Source: Aplysia californica
Taxonomy: Eukaryota
DNA length: 58,119 bases
Direction of reading: 5' to 3'
Assembly: GCF_000002075.1 (NCBI RefSeq)
Contig: NW_004797517.1
Span: 819,082-877,200 of the forward strand
The notes below the pieces were generated by a model, which was not told the DNA's origin, made no database searches, and was given only the letters and a program-made list of their open reading frames with translations. A program made the position numbers and the translations under genes. Every line of letters starts with the position of its first letter. Positions within the stretch are counted from its first letter, which is position 1. Shown here piece by piece: positions 52,296-58,119 of the stretch.

Positions 52296-53190
52296 TGTTT
52301 TAGTAAGAGTTTTACGGCGCTCGCAACTGCTAAAAATTTGGTGTAAATAAATTCTTTTTAAATAATGTAAATCACAATTTTCCATAAAGGCCAATGGCAT
52401 TTATGAAATCAAGGATTCTGTTGGAATCAACGACGGAAAACAGATCTTGCAATTTTTTGCATCTAAAATATTTCCTTCGGGTCTTTCCGAAGTCTAGACA
52501 TTCTGTTCAAATGTGTCTAATGGTAAAATCTGTGTCGCATCCGACAAATCTGTGTCGCATCCGACACAAAAAGGCTCCTCTTCTCCATGAAGGAGGTACT
52601 TGTGTGTCAGGGACGTGTGTCCAATGCGTAATCGAGTAAAAATGACCTCGTCTCTTCTGGAGAGGCCCGAAGGTTTTCCGGACCCAGTTTGGGCTTGATG
52701 TTGTGTAATTTATTATTTTCTTGTTTTTTCCAATGAGCCTCCCACAGACTGGAGGTGTAGTTTTTGACTTATTTTTAAAGTCAGTCTGTTGGAGAGTGTT
52801 CGTTGTTGATCCCAACAGAAGGGACAAGGAGGTCCACTTGCTCGTTTCCTCGGATGCCCACATGGCTAGGTAGCCATATGAACACGATACTTTTCCCGGT
52901 TTCAGCCAAAGCGTGTATATTTTTCTGTAACTTAACTATTTTTGGGTGTAAGAGTGTGTCGTTTGTAAGTGAGGTGATGCAAGACAGAGAGTCAGATAGG
53001 ATAAGGAAAGATTTGTTAGGAGAAGTGCGGAAAGCCCCCAGGGCGAGGTGGAGTCCCTGGTTTCCCTCCACACGGGTCGCAACTCACGGTCAACGAGGAG
53101 TGTCAAGGGTATTTCAGTGAAATGATGGTTTAGGAGGGTACTGTACACCAGAATTTTTTTCATTAAATTCATGCACTCATTTTATCCATC
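52296..53190 (-). mobile_element. I/Nimb-clade LINE 3' relic (RNase H and C-terminal zinc-finger region)
   Basis: LALGAFRTSP, ILSDSLS, FIWLPSHVGIRGNEQVD (RNase H) and GCDTDFTIRHI; partial 3' tail at 52296-52330. Confidence 0.88.
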
Positions 53191-53589
53191 TCTTTTCTTT
53201 TTTGGATTGTATTAAATTTATGGTTAGGGTCGCCCAGTGCCATTTAAGTATGTAATGCAATCGAGCCCCTCTTAGCATTTCTTGAACAATTTGAACGGAT
53301 AATTTTTTTAAAGATCGTGAATTCAATTCAAGTAGCATGCTTAAAAAAGTAACCCTAGCTCAGAAACAGGGTACAGCACATTGGCGACCAGCAATAATGC
53401 ATGGTTTGTCTATGTTTGTGATATTGTGATAATTGTGTATTATTCATGCATTTACCTACAATTTTACCCAAGTGGAATTCATTATTTTTACTTATATTTT
53501 CAATTAGAAGATATGTTCCAAAGGAGAAGTGACAGCAAGGCTTAAGACGATAAAAATCGAAGTCACGTTTAGGGATATTATTGCCATAT

Positions 53590-54900
53590 CTGTATTTGGA
53601 ATGATAACATCTTTTTTACAGATGAAGCGAAAAACCTAGGAATTTATTTTGACTGACTGAAAAGTATCTATGCACCAAATGATTCATCTATGTAAAGTAA
53701 TTCATTTCAAACTACTCAGAATATAACAAATGTAAATGTATCATCGTGTTGACTCCTTATTTTTTGAAAACCTTTCCACTGGAACAATAAACAGGTTACA
53801 GCCACTTCAGAATCAAACCACTCGCATTATTTTAAACAAACCTATCAAGGAAAATGTGACACCAATATTGATCCAAATTCACTGGCTTCCAGTCAAAGCG
53901 TGTATATTCAGTACAACATAGCTGCCCTTTCAAATGTAAACAACAATGCACCAGCTTGTCTTTGCAACAGGGTCATCGAATAAGTACCACCTCAGCCTTT
54001 AAGATTGTCCAAAAAAATTACTTAAAACCCACCAAAAATAAAAGGCAGAGACTTCGAGGGACAGCTTTCCCCACCACACCCCCTCCCTGTAGAATGCATT
54101 TCTACAAAACATAAAGGAAGCGACCACTATATCAAAATTCAAATCTGTTCTTGAAACACATTTGTGAGGCATCGTGGGGAAATCAGGGGTTCCTAAAAAT
54201 AAAGAAATCGTAGAAATTGGCATTTTTCTGTCCGTTTGGCAATTTTTATCGAATTTTTTTGTTTTTTGACGTAACACCTTTAAGGTCCATTTAAAAACAC
54301 ATTTCTGTCTGGATTTCACTAAAAATTGTTGATTTTGGGGACAAAAATGTAAATTTGCAGTTTCTAAGGACTCTCAAGCTGTGGAAGTCGCCAAACTTTG
54401 GGGGCCATTTTCTCGCAAATTTTACCTCTTAAACCAGGCCATCCCGACCTCCTTCAATTGCAAATATCTCGACTTCTATTCATGATATATGAGTATTTTC
54501 TCCAACAAAAGCAAGACAAGTGATACCAATAACTCCACATGTTAAAAAATTTACGAGCGTGAGCGCCCGATTCTACCGCGTCATGACACATTTGTTTCTG
54601 GCCAACTTTAATCAGTAATGACCTGCACTGCCAATAAATAAATGTTTCTCTTAGTATAGATACTTTCGTTCATGTGGTTCTGTATCAGTAGCTGTGTATT
54701 GTAATCAATGTATGTATGGGTATGTATATGTGTTTGTGTGTAATTTTTTAAAGAGAGGTGGGAAGGAAGGGAGAGAGAGGGAGAAGGAAGGAAGACAAGA
54801 AAAGACCACTATTAGAACTGTATGGTGCTGGCATTTTTTGTATTATTGTAAAGCCCATTAAGCACACTCTGGTGGAGATATGCTAAATAAGTGTAATTTA
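53590..54900 (+). mobile_element. L2/CR1-group LINE 3' relic, interrupted by 54163-54590
   Basis: NLGIYFD..., INRLQPLQNQTTRII...VTPILIQIHWLPV; (ATT)n tail near 54900. Confidence 0.75.
54163..54590 (+). mobile_element. TGTG...CACA element inserted into an L2 relic
   Basis: Same family as 40127-40568; interrupts the L2 C-terminal L.THLF-coding segment. Confidence 0.8.
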
Positions 54901-55262
54901 TCATCATTACTATTAATATTATTATTATTATGAAGGCTGTCATGAATTAGTGGCACTGTAGTGGCAGTTGAAGCAATACATGATTGTCAACTCTAGGTTG
55001 ACGTGCTAAAGGCACGCAGGCAGCTACTTAATTACATTTGTGTTCATCACCTCTTCTTATTCTTAACAACAACAACAACAAAAACCAACAACTATTCATC
55101 TCAAACTTCTTTGCTTAGTTTACACTGTAAATTTGAATCTTATTTCCCTCCTATTCTATTCCACACTTAACTTCCCCTATGCAATAACTTGCAGATTACG
55201 CATGTCTTTTAGTTTCTTCTGGTTGTGACCATTCTAACAGTTTCCTTCTCTATATTCTGAGA

Positions 55263-55490
55263 CTCGTGTCATCGGTAGACTAGTGGTTAGGCTACCGGAC
55301 TCGTAATAGTGAGATTGCAGGTTTGGGAGTTTGAGCCTTGGCTCAGTCCGATGTTGTGTCCTTGGGAAACGCACTTTACACAAATCTCCCACTTGGCTCG
55401 GTCCTTTCGGAGATGGATGTTAAACTGGGAGGTCCCGTCTCTTAATCTTAAACAACCTCCTAACAGCGTTGATAGGGGGGGCGTTAAACC
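55263..55490 (+). mobile_element. tRNA-derived SINE with a CORE-like domain
   Basis: A box tagactagtggtt, degenerate B box gagtttgagcc, and CORE-like ttgtgtccttgggaaacgcacttta. Confidence 0.65.
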
Positions 55491-55642
55491 GATACCATTT
55501 CACCATTTTTTCTTTTTTGAGAAATAATGTATACAAAAGACGTCAGTCACCAGCTGATGTCACAAACAAACCTGAAAGGAAGTATTATTAATAAATTACA
55601 CCTTGAACAGAGATAAGATGGTGAACCACAAGCAAAACTCAC

Positions 55643-55826
55643 CATAGCTATGGATAAAGTTGGCGAGGTACAGATCTAGCTCCCTCACAGACACACTGAT
55701 GTGGTGTGGGTTCACACACAGGTTTGGGTGAACGCACTCTGGAGACTTTTCTAATCGTTCACCATCCGTTGACTCCAGTGGGATGGCCTTGAATAGTATC
55801 ACCATAACAAGATCAAGTCTCCATAC
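55643..55826 (-). CDS. NFI: Nuclear factor I exon: C-terminal half of the CTF/NFI (MH1-like) DNA-binding domain; upstream exons lie outside the window
   Basis: Encodes [57 protein letters not shown], the hallmark NFI DBD sequence. Acceptor ttccatcag|GTA, donor G|gtgag; 184 nt, phase 0 to 1. Confidence 0.97.
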
Positions 55827-57062
55827 CTGATGGAAAAATAGAGACTTTTTTAAGGCCAAGGTCAGCAATGAAAATCAATTATTTCCTTCAATTTTATTAT
55901 TTTCTGTTAATGCAATAATTTTATTTTACATCCATTTATTTATCGTGGGAAATACATTCTATATATATATATATTAACAAATATCATATCACACGAACCA
56001 CCAACTGGCAGAAAGAAAAAAAAAAGATGGCAGATGGGAGACAAAAATACAAAGGTGGGGGGAGAAATTGGAAAGTTGTTAACAGCAATGTGCAGTGAGT
56101 TATTTATAATTGCCACATTTTGCCCAAAACTACAAAAGGACAACAGAGGGAAAAGCTGGCCCTAACTACCCATGAATTGGACCTACTATAAAGTGCCCGT
56201 TCAAAACAAATAAATATCAACCACACACCCACCAAAAAGCACAGAAGCAGCTTATCAGAGCCAAAACGTACTCAACAAGAAACAAAAACACTTCAGAGTC
56301 AAACTGAAAGGTCTCTCAGGGCCAGTTATCTAGCACGAAATATGTAAAAGATGTGTCACATTTCCTCCACTTGGTACATACAGACATACTTAGATAACAA
56401 AGAAACACTCACCCTTCGGGGTAAAGCCCCGGGGCCCCCCCCCCCCCCCCCCCCCCACATACTTATCAAGCATGAGACAATCTTGAATCTAAAACAAGTG
56501 CACAATATCTTATCAATACTATTTGCTTAACATCCTATACACCATCCAGGGTTATACAGGTAATAAATAAATATATCATTGTTTATCTAACTAGCTATGG
56601 TATTGAAGGTCTCCATTTAATAGTTCTACTTCAACTGTATAGGCCCAATCTAAATATCTAAACTTCTGGCATATCAATATAACGTCTTGAAAACCTTTTC
56701 CTGATTCCAAAAACTGATAAGACTGCAAATAATTCTGAATACTACTTCCTCTAATGCCTTTTGAATGATCTATGGATTGATTAACCAGTAGAAATAATGG
56801 CAGCAAACTAGCGTGATTTGACAACTCATTCAGTAAAAAGCATCTGACAAGAATAATAGTAACAGCACGTTTCTAATCATTGCATGATAAGAACAGTTAC
56901 ATAATATCTAGGCTGTGTTGAAATGCAATCTAAAAGACCCCAAAATTACAGACTTTTTGTAGATTTTTTTTGCTATGCATAACAGTTCAGGCAAAAATAC
57001 TCCATACCTACTTTAAATATAGCTCAAATTTCACCTCCGAGTCCTCTCCATGTATTAGAATA

Positions 57063-57300
57063 CAGGGTGATCAAAAAAACAAACAACTCTACAACTTCTT
57101 TTGTTAATATTTTCCTTCACGCTGAAGTTTTGCGTTTCGAATTTCTACACAACATTTGGACGTCAAAAGAAATTTGTCTGATATTCATTTCAGATAAATC
57201 CACAGAATAGTTTTGCCTTGAAAAGCACGTAAAAAACAACCCATTTTCAGATATGTCGCCATTTTTGTAGCATGAAGCACAAGTTCGCATTAGGCCTACC
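57063..57300 (+). mobile_element. Tc1/mariner-like left end fragment
   Basis: TA|cagggtgatcaaaaaa start resembles the cagggtg TIR ends at 27931 and 39551. Confidence 0.4.
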
Positions 57301-58119
57301 ACTAAAAATCCCGAACCATTGCGCCATATTGCAAGCTGCAACCCGCCCCCCCCTATTGTCTCTAGAAACAGCTCCATACTGTAAGGTGTACATTGTATTA
57401 AGTGGCTTTGAGTAACCATGGGTGAGTGGATCCTTGTGTTGGGCCTCCACTAAACATTACGAACGACACATTAAAATGAGCTGAGTCCAAAGGAGGACAT
57501 ATATAGACCATTTGTTCTCGGAATTACAGAAACAATTTTTTTACTCTGTAGAAGAAAAGAAATTATGTTGTGTTACAGGGATGGATAGATTAGATTTTTA
57601 AAATAAAAGGAAAGAAAGAAAAAAAAGCAATCATTCCATGACTTTCTTTACAAGATCTTTTAAATTGGTACATTTTGCATTTATGGACGGCTTTTAAAGC
57701 CATTTCCGTTTTCAAAAATAAGTTTCTACTTTGTGAATTTTATGTGAAACAAATTCCTTCTGAATGAATATTATCTGTTCCAAAAAACAATATTCTAGTA
57801 CAAATTTTGTGCGAGATATTCAGACAAAAAGTTGCACTTTCTCTTAACATTTTCTGTAAGACCTGAGAAATGAAATCAAATGTGGTAAGTCTTTTTGCAA
57901 GTTTCAAGCTGATCTTCTCAGCATCAGTTCTAGCAGTAAACTTTGTCCAGCCAAAAACTACACAGGACTCTCATTTATGTTCAGCTAAGACAAATAAGAA
58001 CACTTGATAGCTTCAAAAGACATCTTAAACTTAAACATTTTCTGTTCCTACAGGCCTATCCTTCATAAGCTTATAACGTTATCTTTCATTATATTTGTTC
58101 TGTTCCTATGTCTGGATGA

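Noticed and set aside
30737-52330. Recurring ~50-bp motif as a CRISPR-like repeat
   Set aside because: The copies are dispersed, diverged and irregularly spaced, there are no cas genes, and the context is eukaryotic. The motif is a retroelement 3' tail.

Overview
This is AT-rich animal genomic DNA, most likely a lophotrochozoan and probably a mollusc, judging from its SINE and LINE content. It has three assembly gaps. The window holds the 3' portion of one Nuclear Factor I (NFI/CTF) transcription factor gene on the minus strand. I reconstructed 11 coding exons from 55826 down to 18839. All have GT-AG boundaries and compatible phases, giving 1824 nt (607 aa plus stop) from the C-terminal half of the DNA-binding domain to a polyQ-containing last exon. 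The N-terminal exons lie beyond the right edge. A candidate ~12.9-kb 3' UTR ends at an ATTAAA plus GU-rich element near 5950. The introns and flank are full of transposon relics: a P-element/THAP-type deletion derivative with an 8-bp TSD, a bipartite RTE, an I/Nimb-type LINE whose 3' stem-loop tail is shared by three non-autonomous families, Nin- and CORE-like tRNA SINEs, L2, mariner/pogo/piggyBac-like MITEs, and an abundant TGTG...CACA element with recombination-like junctions. No prokaryotic-type system or CRISPR array is supported. The most novel candidates are the transposon partnerships and the NFI 3'-end isoform architecture.
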